From Tubulanus polymorphus (Eukaryota; Animalia; Nemertea): a stretch of 64,000 nt of DNA. Location of the stretch: NCBI RefSeq assembly GCF_964204645.1, contig NC_134033.1, positions 5,728,231 through 5,792,230 of the forward strand. The letters run 5' to 3'. Every line of letters begins with the position of its first letter. Position 1 is the first letter of the stretch. The notes beneath the pieces were generated by a model that was not told where the DNA came from, did no database searches, and saw only the letters and a program-made list of their open reading frames with translations. Both the position numbers and the translations under genes were made by a program. Positions 1 through 10,197 of this stretch are shown one piece after another.

Positions 1-1030
1 TTTCAGTTTCAGTTCAGTTTCAGTTTAGTTTATTCACTCCACAAGTTATTATAACATTGCACAGAGCACAAAAGTAGCGCATAGATTACAGCATATTACA
101 AAAAAATATAATGATATTATTAATAATAATTATATTTATAATCAATGTAAGGTATTTTCATTGGGATGTCGCCAGTAGTAACTAGGTATAAATTTGTTTC
201 TCAGGCTTTGAAAAAAGGGACATACTAAAAGAAAATGGAATTCGTCTCCAGTTGCTGCCAAATGACATTTCTGACAAATTCTATGGTTTTGCTCAATCTG
301 GCGATATCTACCGATTTCAATAGGTAACTTATGGTTCGAGCATCTGAATCGACACAAGGCTAGGCGGAGACTGGGGGGTAATTTGGTCAGGTACTCTTCG
401 AATTTAAAACAGTTTTTAAAACGCTTGTAGGTTAAGCAAATTGGTGTTTCGTTGACCTTGGAGTGCCAGCCTTGTGCGTACTGATCCATGAGTCTCTGTT
501 TCAAAATACTATAAAGATAATTAGTACTGGGTACAGATTGAGTTTCCCAAGCGTGGCCGAGACCATTTTTTACAAGAATATTTTTAACATTAAGAATCCA
601 AGCGTTACTCCGACCGCCGTGGTGCGTTTGATAGATATATTTGTACATAAAAGAAGAGAAATGTTCAGTCTGATTTATCAATTTTGTCCAAAATTTAACG
701 ATTCTCAATTTAACATAAATCGCTAAAGGATAGCGCCCAAGCTCACCGTAAATAAATACACTAGACGTAGACCTTTTCAATCTGAGTAAATATTTTAAAA
801 ATTGTAGCTGAACAGGCTCGAGTACCTGTGTGTTCTCATATCCCCAAATTTCACAGCCAAACAGCAATATAGGTAATACCATACTATCATAAAGTTTCAA
901 GGTCAGATCTAGGTCTAATGAATGTTCACTTGACTTTTTTAATACAAAAAATACCGCTTTCATAGCTTGTTCCGAAAGAGTTTTACGACATTGTGTGAAC
1001 GATCCAGTGTATGAAAAGATAATGTTACCT
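1..1030 (-). mobile_element. 5'-truncated non-LTR retrotransposon (CR1/L2 group), ORF2 C-terminal region plus 3' tail
   Basis: ORF 142-1098 has post-RT LINE motifs (LYDSMVLPILLFGCEIWG, IYGELGRYPL, FRCSNHKLPIEIGRY, CQKC..GDEFHFLLVCP). On the minus strand AATAAA is followed by an (ACTGAA)n-like tail at 1-33. Homology appears to start near 1030. Confidence 0.85.
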
Positions 1031-3720
1031 CTACAATATATGGAAATATTTGGGGGAAGGGGACGGGGGGCGTGAGGGCAGCCACATGCTCTTTTCAATC
1101 ACTTCATGGCCAGTGCCCGTACTCAACACAGTTGAAATCATTCATAAATCATATCCTCTCATGAAGGTTTGATTGAATTCAGTACCGGTTAGGACCTGGT
1201 TCACCCAGCCCTTGCAGTGGATGACTTTCTCAACAGTGATCTCCGTCGCTCTAGATCCTAGTGTAACCAACCACCCAGACACAGTGATTTAAAATAAAAG
1301 TATTAAGAAAATGTCGATCGTGCCATGTCTTACTAGACTAGTGTACAACAGACCCTAATAAAAGGTTCTTCATTATTATGAAGGACCTGGTACTGGTATG
1401 CTGGTACTGGTAGTTCTACGAATGAAAAACGCTGTCATTAGGGTAAATGCCCCTGCCCGCTAGATATTGCCTACGTCAGCGTCATAGCAGGGCCACCACA
1501 GAGGGAGCACTGCACAGCAGTGGTCGACGCCAACGACAGTCAGCGCTGACTGTGAGGCCGTAGCGTAGTTATAAAAACGCTCAGGTATCGGCCATTTATT
1601 TGTTATTGAATCAGTTTGTTATGTATTGTATTACCTCTCACAGATAGCCCTCGCTCGGGTACAATCACTTGACGAAGCTGTCACTGCACCTGATGCTAGT
1701 AGAAACCAGTAAAATAACCAACAGTTGCCCATGTTTTCTGCGTAAACAACGACAACGTGGAGAGTTTAAACTACGCGCGCGTGGATCTCATAGATGGCGC
1801 TAGGTGACGGTGCGCATTTGCCGTGACGCGGAACCGGACGCAATGTCGCGGGCTGCCGGCCGGCGTCTCGGCGTCTCGGGTAACGAAACAATCTGAAACA
1901 CCGTTGAAACAACCGATAAAAAGGGTAATTTCTAAAAGAAAGAAACGTCGATTACCTTTCGGATAATCAAAATTGAAGTTGTATCGTAATCAGGAGACAA
2001 CGCGCTACTACCCCCTCTGCGGCCACACCTTTGCGCAACAGCTTGTCATGGTGCACCGCTCACATGGTACCCGCGTCCAACACCACGGGTCGACTAGGTT
2101 CAATTCCCAGAAATATCTTATGATATGATATGATATGATTTATTTGCATAAAAGATTGTTACAGAGTTTACAAATGAATACACAATATATGGAAAACAAT
2201 GTACCAATAAATTATGCGAGGAATTAGGAGAAGCCAACGTTGGCTTAATCTAGTCCTAATCCCTCGTCCATACACTCTCACATACACACAGACATATACA
2301 CCAATTCACATTCATTCCTAGTTTACCAAACAAACCAAATATACATAATATACATAGACAATTGCAGATAAAGTAATGTGGCACGTTATAAAAGATTACA
2401 CAGATAATTAATAAGTGGAACGAAGATAACGCTGAAGCTGAATTTTGAAGTTGGATATCGAGTCTAGATATTTTAATTTCTCTGGTAAACTATTCCAGAA
2501 TTTCGCTCCTTGAATTTTCATAGATGTATACTTGTATTTAGATTTAGCAAATTCTATTGATGAGGCCATAGGTCTGCGACTAGAACGAAGATTTTGGGTG
2601 TTCCTGAGAATGAAAAAATCTTTGAAAATAGTCGGTAATAAAAGGTTGATACTTAAGAAGGCAAGCGATCCAATTTGAAGTCTGTAAATGTCATCCAGTT
2701 TAAGAATTTCTAATTTCCTGAAAATCGGGGATGTATGTTCAAGCCAATCTGAACGAGTGATTATCCGAAGGGCTTTTTTCTGAAGGATGTATAATGGTTG
2801 CAAATAAATTTTACAGGCATTTCCCCAAATAAGATTGGCATAATGTAGGTGTGAGTGAACGAAACAATAGTAGAGATTTTTTAGAATCTGAAGGTAAAAT
2901 GTACTTTAATCTATTGATTATACCAATTCCACGAGATACTTTTTTACACGCAAAAGATATATGCTCCTTCCAGGTTAAATTGTGATCAAATATAACACCT
3001 AGAAACTTTGTAGAATCAGGGAAGTGTGATGAGATGGAATACGGACGCTTTTAATTGCCGGATGTAGGCTATTCAATTCAGCCCGTACATCAAAGGTTAC
3101 CGCAACAGCAGTAAGCTACGCTTATCGAGTGTGTGTTACCAGCTGAACACCAGTCAACATCAACTTTGATTTGGTCGCAGAACAACCCGCAATAGTTTTA
3201 GCCCGATAAATGTTCTGCGATCGATACTACGCATGCGCACTGCAGTTCATTGAACAACGTGGAAGTAGCTGTGTATACACATATTTTTCTTTAGAAAATC
3301 GGTTGAAATTCAACAATTTCTCGTAAAATTTGTCAAAAAAGGTATGTATTTTTATTCTTCTATATCTCCGAAACCCGGTATCGGAACGTTAAGTATTTAT
3401 ATTGTGATTAAAGTCTGTTTTTATGTGTTAAACATATGTTTTTGCCAGTTCGTTCCGATTCCGGGTTTAGCGTTATTTGGGCCTTGAAGATGTCAAATAT
3501 TTCGGCCCAGACTCGCGCAGCTTTCGTTTCTGACGTCATGTTGCTATGTTACGACACAAACATATACACGAAGTATGATCTTTAAAATGTGTATTTACTA
3601 CATAATAATGTTACTTAATAACGCTTACATTAGGCCTACAAATTATTGTCCCCCATATAAACCAAGTTGCCTAAATAGCATCAGCAATCTCATTTAATTA
3701 ACCTTTTTTTGTTTTTAGTC

Positions 3721-4053
3721 ATGGATCTTTGTCGATTGTGTGGAAAAAATGCGAAACCTCCGGATCGTCGTCCTATCGATAAAAATAATTTCAAAAGCCA
3801 TGTGAAGGAGTTGTTCAACATTGATTTTGATGATGATACTGAACAGTACCCGATATACATCTGTAATATCTGTCGTGTCAAATTACAAAAATGGCGTAAG
3901 AACAAAAACGTTAAAAAAACTGTCCCTGTGACTATCAAATTAAAACAATGGACATGTAAACCACTGGTTAATTCCAAGTCTGGACGGCGACGTATTTGTA
4001 GTCAAAATTTTATCGATCGATTTTCCATAATGTACTGCTGCCATTCCATTTGA
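3721..4053 (+). pseudogene. Truncated transposon gene with a C4 zinc domain resembling the RAG1 N-terminal / Chapaev / zf-AD type
   Basis: MDLCRLCG...VKELFNIDFDDDTEQYPIYICNICR...W. The ATG at 3721 follows a splice acceptor (3718), with an upstream donor AG|GTATGT at 3341/3342. Confidence 0.6.
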
Positions 4054-4089
4054 ACTGAATTTAAATACTCGATGGTTAATCACTTCAGT

Positions 4090-4553
4090 CATAGCCTTTT
4101 CCAAATATATAGTGTTCCTGCGAAAATAATAATAATGATTATTATTTTAACATGTACTTATCTGGATTTTTTATATTATGTTTATATATTATTTTCTGTA
4201 TTCGTTTATTATTTTATAACCTAAAAGGATTGTATTGATTATAAAAATAAATTTTAAAAAATACCTGTATGTGTTTTCTCGTGTTCAGATCGCAGTCTCT
4301 GGTCAGCTGAGCCTGAGAAGTACCTATATGAAAAAGAAAAGGAAAGAATAAAGTGCCTGCAATTAGGTGGAAACTATTCCGATATTTCATCGATTCAAAA
4401 GGAATAACACTCACTAGAATCGGCCGAATTAGTTGATCCTGATCCAGAGGATTCCCGTAATATTTCCGTATCGATCTGAACCAATTCGTCACTATCAAAG
4501 AATAGTTCGTCAAAATCGTCATCATTTATAATTTCGTTGACAACCGTTGCCAT
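4090..4553 (-). pseudogene. Remnant of a second, convergent spliced gene inside the transposon (acidic N-terminus)
   Basis: AAAATGG start at 4553 gives MATVVNEIINDDDFDELFFDSDELVQIDTEILRESSGSGSTNSADS, then donor GTGAGT (4414), exon 4323-4265 and an acceptor at 4118. The frame is not maintained into exon 3. Confidence 0.45.
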
Positions 4554-7495
4554 TTTAATACAGCGGAAAGAACCGATATCACGATTGATAAAACACTATA
4601 TCCGTCTGAAGCGATGTAGAGAGAATCGCACAATGATAACGAAAAAGTCCAAAAATGTTAGTAGTTTATTCGACGTTTCGTCTATGTCCTAATAATCATC
4701 TTCAGAAATAATGAATACTACAGAAATTATGAGATATATATACAATCCAGAGAGTAAGAGACTAATTCAAGTAATCAGAGATGATACAAACTAAAGGAAA
4801 ATTAACGTAGAAACAGTTACACGCTAAAACAGATTAAAGAGAAGCAGTTAAGAGACAAACTAGGGGGCACTTAAATTTAAGACAATTGTGAATACAAGTT
4901 GATCGACTGAAATTGATGAGGGGAAATCAGGTGTTGAGTTTAACCAGTTTACAGAGGAATTTTTAAATAAGTTTATTATGGGATGAAAAACCGATATTCG
5001 GAAACAACTGAATTATTACGGGAGATTCCCGATCTCGTTGGTTATCGCTCATCGGCGCGTTACGTAACAAAGCGCTCGCCGACGAACCGTTATCGGCTTT
5101 AGGGCAATTACAACGCACATTCGACAAGAGCTGCACAATAGCGTCCGTATTCCATCTCATCACACTTCCCTGGTAGAATCAACACGTTTGATAATTTGGT
5201 CATCCAGACGAATGGTGAGTTTAATATGGTCTTTATTACCAAAAATGATATACTGGGTTTTTCCTACATTTACAGACAATCTATTAGCCCGAAACCATTG
5301 CAAGAGATTAGCCAACTCTGAATTCAAGGTGTATTCGACAAATTTTGGATCATGATGGCTGTAAAAAAAGTTGCTATCATCAGCAAAAAGAATTGACTCT
5401 AATGCTTTACAAGAGGAAGGGCAGTCGTTGATATAAATCAAAAATAATAGCGGCCCTATGATAGAGCCTTGAGGGACACCAGAATTAATGTCGAGAGTTG
5501 AGGATAAACAGTTATTGAACTTCACTGCTTGTTTTCTATTAGTTAGATAATTTTGGAACCAGAGATATGGTATGCCACGTATACCGTAATGTTCTAATTT
5601 TGAATTTAGGATTTTGTGATTAATTGTGTCAAATGCTTTTGATAAGACTATGAAAACACCAGCGGTTATTAAACCATTATCTAGAGAGTTTGCTATTTTA
5701 TCAGTAATGTACGTTAATGCAGAGGGAGTTGAGTACTTTTTTCTAAAACCAAACTGCCGGTCATTTAAGATTTCATATTTGTCAAGAAATTTTATCAACC
5801 GATTGTAAACAAGTTTTTCCAACACCTTTGAAATTGAAGGTAGAACAGAAATAGGGCGATAGTTACTAAAAGAAGACTTATCACCCATTTTGTAAATAGG
5901 GGTTATGTAAGCGATTTTGAAAATATTGGGAACTATACCTGTGACAAAGCTACAATTAAAGTTATGAGTTAAGGGACTTGAAATAGCGGAAATAATAGAT
6001 TTGAGTAATTTATTGCTGATATTGTCACATCCACACGATGGTTTACTTTGTAAGTTAGATACAATTTCCTCGACTTCTGAGGGGTATGTAGGTGAGAGAA
6101 AAAAGGTTTCGTCGTTTTTATCGCCAAGATATTGTTTAAAATCGTGAGTGGAATTTGGAATTTTAGACTCAAGAGATGAAGCAATATTTACAAAATAATC
6201 ATTGAACTGGTTTGCAATTTCTAGTTCATCAGTAATAACCCTGTTGTTGTGTAAAAACTCGGAATTACACTTCTTATTTTTGGTCTTATTAAGTAATGAA
6301 TTGATTATTTTTTACAAGTTTCCTTAGGATCATATTGACACGATAAAAATTTTTCTTTGTAATAACGTTCTTAACTTTTTCTAAGTAAAGAGTTTAAGAA
6401 ATTCCTATATTTATAATACTTGGCTTTGCTGTCAATACTTCTTTTACCTATATATTTTCTATATAATTTATCCTTAATTTTGATAGACGTTTTGATCCCT
6501 GCTGTAATCCATGGTTTATTGTGTTGTTTGGGTGTAATACACTTAACCGGAAAACATGCTTCATAACACGTATTTACAATATTATAGAATTCGTTACAAG
6601 ACTTTCCTGGACTATTGCTATTATAAACACACTGCCAATCGCTGGCTAACAATGATCGGGAAAATGTTTCGATTGACCTTGGATTAATATCACGGATCTG
6701 AATTATAGGGGAATTGGGATTATATTTCTCATTTAAAATATCCATCACAGCAAAAATCGGGTAATGATCTGTGATATCGTTAAGGAAGACTCCACTTAAA
6801 ATTTTAGACTCTTGGCTAAAATTAATTAATATATTATCTATTACCGTAGCAGATTGCTCAGTAACTCTAGTGGGTAAATTAATAAGCGGTGAAAATGAAT
6901 TAGAGCTCGCAATATTTATGAAACTCTCATACAAAGAATTTTTTCCAATTTTGCTAAAGTCAATATTATAGTCACCCATTAATATAACATTTAAATTTTC
7001 CTTGTTAACCATATGTGTAAATCTATTGAATTCATTAATAAAGTTTGTTAAATCAGATTCAGGCGCACGATACAAAACACCAACGATAATCTTTTTTTTT
7101 GAATAAGATAATTCAGCAAATATAGATTCACCAATAACTAAATCCTCCCAAATTTTATATCGAAAAGTATTATTTATTAAGATACCTACACCACCACCCT
7201 TTTTATTCGATCTACTCCGAAAAAAAACTAGTATAGTTAGGGATGTGATACAAGGATTCATTTGGGATATTCTCGATGTCCATGTTTCGGATAATCCAAT
7301 TACAGAGAATTGATGGTTCAGAGTTTGAAGGTAATCACTGAAGTTATCGAAGTTCTTCTTGACACTTCGGACGTTAGCATGAAATACACTCAACGGTTTT
7401 CCCTCACAAGGTGTTGAAAATTTTAAAGCGAAATTGTTCGCACAATAATGGTCACAATTAGTACATTCCGGTTCTAATATATATTCCGACATTGT

Positions 7496-8845
7496 TTAAC
7501 TGACATCAAAATTGGCTTTCTTTGGATCTTTTTCTGTGCTCGGTGGGGTTTGAGTTATAGATCTCTTCTTACGTTTGTTTGTTGCTGGAGTACTGAAAAT
7601 CTCAGCCTGGTTGTCAGAGAACAAGATGTCACTGAAGTTCTTAGCGAGGGCCGACTTTCCAAGTTCATTCAAATAAGTCCCACTTGAGTCACTAACATTG
7701 TAGTATCTATCTCTGATAGTTCCTGATGGTTTTAAGATGACATCATTGTTGATGAACAGAATGTTCTGTCTCGAACAAAACTTATCCATGTATGTATTTA
7801 CCATTCAAGCAGTTGTATTGAAATCTTTCGTATTGTTATTTATACCTTTCTTAGGGATTACGCTCGAGAAACACACTTTAGCTTTTGCGAACTTTTCGGT
7901 CACCTTGGCTAACCCTAATGTAGTGTTAACCTTGATATCATCGGGATCTGATTTGTGCCTGTTTATATCATTAGTGCCTAAATGTACAACGACCTCGGTT
8001 ATCGCGGTTAAATCGTTAACTAGGGAGTCAACTTTATCAAGCAACGGATCTATGTTTTCGAATGTTGCACCAGATTGATAAACAACTAAGCCGTTGTCAT
8101 TTGGGAATTCTCTCATGTTCGAATCGCCCAAAATCAGTACTTTTTTCGTTTGTTTATGCTGTTCCTGTTCAGTGACCTCAGGACTCACGGTACTTTCAAC
8201 GTGGCGAAAACCTGAGTTGATTTCTTTATTGAGTGGGCAGTCGCATTTTATGTGATCGGGTGACTTGCATACATGACATAGGCGTTCACTCAACCGTTCA
8301 TTCAACCGTACGGGACAGTTATTTAATCTGTGATCACTGTTCAAACAAATTTGACAGATCGAATCGCAGTATATACGAACATTATATACTCCAATCTTAG
8401 TGAAATTTGGTACGACCTCTTTGATAGTACGCATCTGTAAATATCTCGTTCCCGTGAAGATCGAAGTCCCATTTATGAGTCCTCTTTTGATCGATCAACC
8501 GCTAATGTAATCGCCAAATTTCGAAATAAACGCAACTATAGTCCTGTCGTCCATCTCGATAGGAGCATCCACGACCTTTACATTGATTACAGATACTCCA
8601 ACATCAGTAAAACCAACAGTTTGATCTAACACTTGAATGCACGATTCTGACAAGATGTCCTTTGTCTCAGGATCGACAGTAGTTATTATACAATTTGAGT
8701 TCGTCAATTGTATCGATAGAATTTTACTCACATCAATCTTATCTCGAACCGCGTTTAAAATGTCCAAATGAGATAGTTTTCTTCTCCCGAATTGTCTCAA
8801 ATCAAATTTCACCGAATTGTCTCTATTTAATCCGTTCGTATCCAT
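7496..8845 (-). pseudogene. LINE ORF1: RRM-like region + two CCHC zinc knuckles + SGNH esterase-like domain, with two in-frame stops
   Basis: ORFs 8495-8860, 7805-8434 and 7496-7804 share one frame. Knuckles CQICLNSDHRLNNC and CHVCKSPDHIKCDC; SGNH blocks LILGDSN and HLGTND. Confidence 0.85.
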
Positions 8846-9135
8846 GATTAGTTGAATCAAAAGTCACTCAAGACCACAACAAATAATAATTTAGCACGAG
8901 ATCTCTTTTTGAACGTGCACACACTAGGCCACCATTTTATTCATACTATTATCTTACTGCTATTACTAACAAGTACTAATATTTATGCCTCTTGTCAATA
9001 GTTGCACGCTGCTAAATAATTTTTTTGTAATTTTGTATTGATAAGCCTGTAAATGTATATGGGATGATTTCCGAAGAATCTTAGAATTAAAAAACTGTTT
9101 ATTCTTAAAAACTCTTGAAAGCAATCTTCATTTTG

Positions 9136-9343
9136 TTAATACTTATTTACACTACCACCTCCTTTACACTACCATCCTCTTCGGCTGCCTCGATCAACTG
9201 CATCCTGATAACTTAAACCTTGCATCCCGGCCGCTGTAATCACCCGATCATTGCCTAGACCAAAGTCGTTAGTATCCGTGATTCCATAGCGGTCGCTTTG
9301 CGCTCGCCGCTGCTGAAACCATGATAATCCCCATCCTCACGAG
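9136..9343 (-). pseudogene. Duplicated or alternative terminal exon of the laccase gene, frameshifted
   Basis: Acceptor TTCCAG, then sequence alignable to laccase exon 10319-10198 (PREDGDYHGFSSGE vs PYEDMDYYGYSSE; GACCGCTATGG vs GACCGCTACGG). AATAAA lies downstream near 9100. Confidence 0.6.
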
Positions 9344-9459
9344 CTGGAATACGTCTTTATTCGAATATGTTAACGATATTTTAATGACGTGCACATGGCG
9401 TTGATAATTCCTAGAAAAAGTAACACGCGTCAATGACGCATCTCATGTCGTTTTAGTCA

Positions 9460-9782
9460 ACGGGGAATTACTGACGCTCCTGTGGGAAGCAAGGATTGTC
9501 AGGTTCACTAGTAGTAACTGAATCTTTCACGTTCAATTTCTTCTACGTTTCAATGAAAACCGAATGAACTTTTTTCTACAAATACAATGGAAACTAGTAT
9601 ACCTTACCGATATTCGAGTAGAAAAATGAAAGTATTGTAATTTCCTGGCTACTATGATAATATATTGATTCGGGAGCATAAAAATTCAGTCTGAAGAGTT
9701 GAAAATGAACTAATTTTGACAACGAAGAACTGAGTATTCGTCACACAACCTGGCGGGATAACCTGGCGTTGCACCTCCTCAT
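9460..9782. mobile_element. Degenerate copy of the ~350-bp GAGGAC-terminated MITE family
   Basis: Shares ttctacgtttcaat...aatgaacttt and ttgaaaatgaactaattttgacaacg blocks with the copies at 11200-11540 and 15294-15643. Confidence 0.6.
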
Positions 9783-10197
9783 AGTTAATCTCGTGATTTG
9801 TCTGCAACGTAAAATTCTCTAAGAACAAAAAATCGAGAGAAATTAGTTTCGTTCGTGTTTCATAAGCGTTTATTTTGCGACGGGCGCGTTAACAAACTCG
9901 AGAAACAACAGATTGCTGAGAAAAACAAGATCGAAGAACACTCGAACAGCGATAGACCAACTTAGGTTTGGTAAAGCAAAGGTGTTTGATCGATACACAC
10001 GGCACGGTAGATTAGCGATAGATTTTTTTAGCGATTATTCAAAATATTTAAGCGATATTTCTTATCGAAATATTTACGACGGACGTCTGAACAGAATGGT
10101 CTATGGAAGCAAAGATATTTCCGGAGAATTTCTATGAATAAGCGGTTTTATTTGCAGCGATGCTGTGCTATGCTGGGTCTTTGGTAATCAGACGAAA

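Larger units (their letters stand above)
3017..5172. mobile_element. Non-autonomous (internally deleted) cut-and-paste DNA transposon, 33-bp TIRs, 7-bp TSD
   Basis: CAGGGAAGTGTGATGAGATGGAATACGGACGCT at 3017-3049 and its exact reverse complement at 5140-5172. GTAGAAT is duplicated at 3010-3016 and 5173-5179. The insertion splits LINE ORF2 cleanly. Confidence 0.95.
2408..7492 (-). pseudogene. LINE ORF2: apurinic endonuclease + reverse transcriptase, with stops, frameshifts and an insertion
   Basis: APE motifs HANVRS, GLSETW, GGGVG, MGDYN, IDNI, TDHYPI. RT motifs NYRPISVL, QFGFR, LSKAFDTI, GVPQGSIIGPLLFLIYIND, LFADD. Removing 3017-5172 plus one TSD copy restores IKRVDSTKFLGVIFDHNLTWKEHI. Confidence 0.92.
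2119..8940 (-). mobile_element. Near full-length CR1/L2-group LINE (ORF1 + ORF2), decayed and interrupted by a DNA transposon
   Basis: ORF1 8845-7496 is followed 3 nt later by ORF2 7492-2408 (APE + RT). The 3' end has AATAAA plus an (ATCAT)n tail at 2119-2146. The 5' boundary is approximate. Confidence 0.92.

Noticed and set aside
1090-1290. Possible SINE on the minus strand
   Set aside because: It has a SINE-like look, but I could not establish A/B boxes or find a second copy.
1395-1757. Possible solo LTR (TATAAAA at about 1570, ends ACAAC)
   Set aside because: No clean TG...CA termini, TSD, PBS or PPT.
3010-3017. 8-bp TSD (GTAGAATC), suggesting hAT
   Set aside because: It would remove the first base of the left TIR and make the ends asymmetric; 7 bp gives perfect TIRs. 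Other copies are needed to settle this.
3017-5172. Calling the nested element a bona fide ProtoRAG/RAGL transposon
   Set aside because: The termini are CAGGG rather than RSS-like CAC, the TSD is 7 bp rather than 5 bp, and no RAG1 core or RAG2 kelch motifs are visible.
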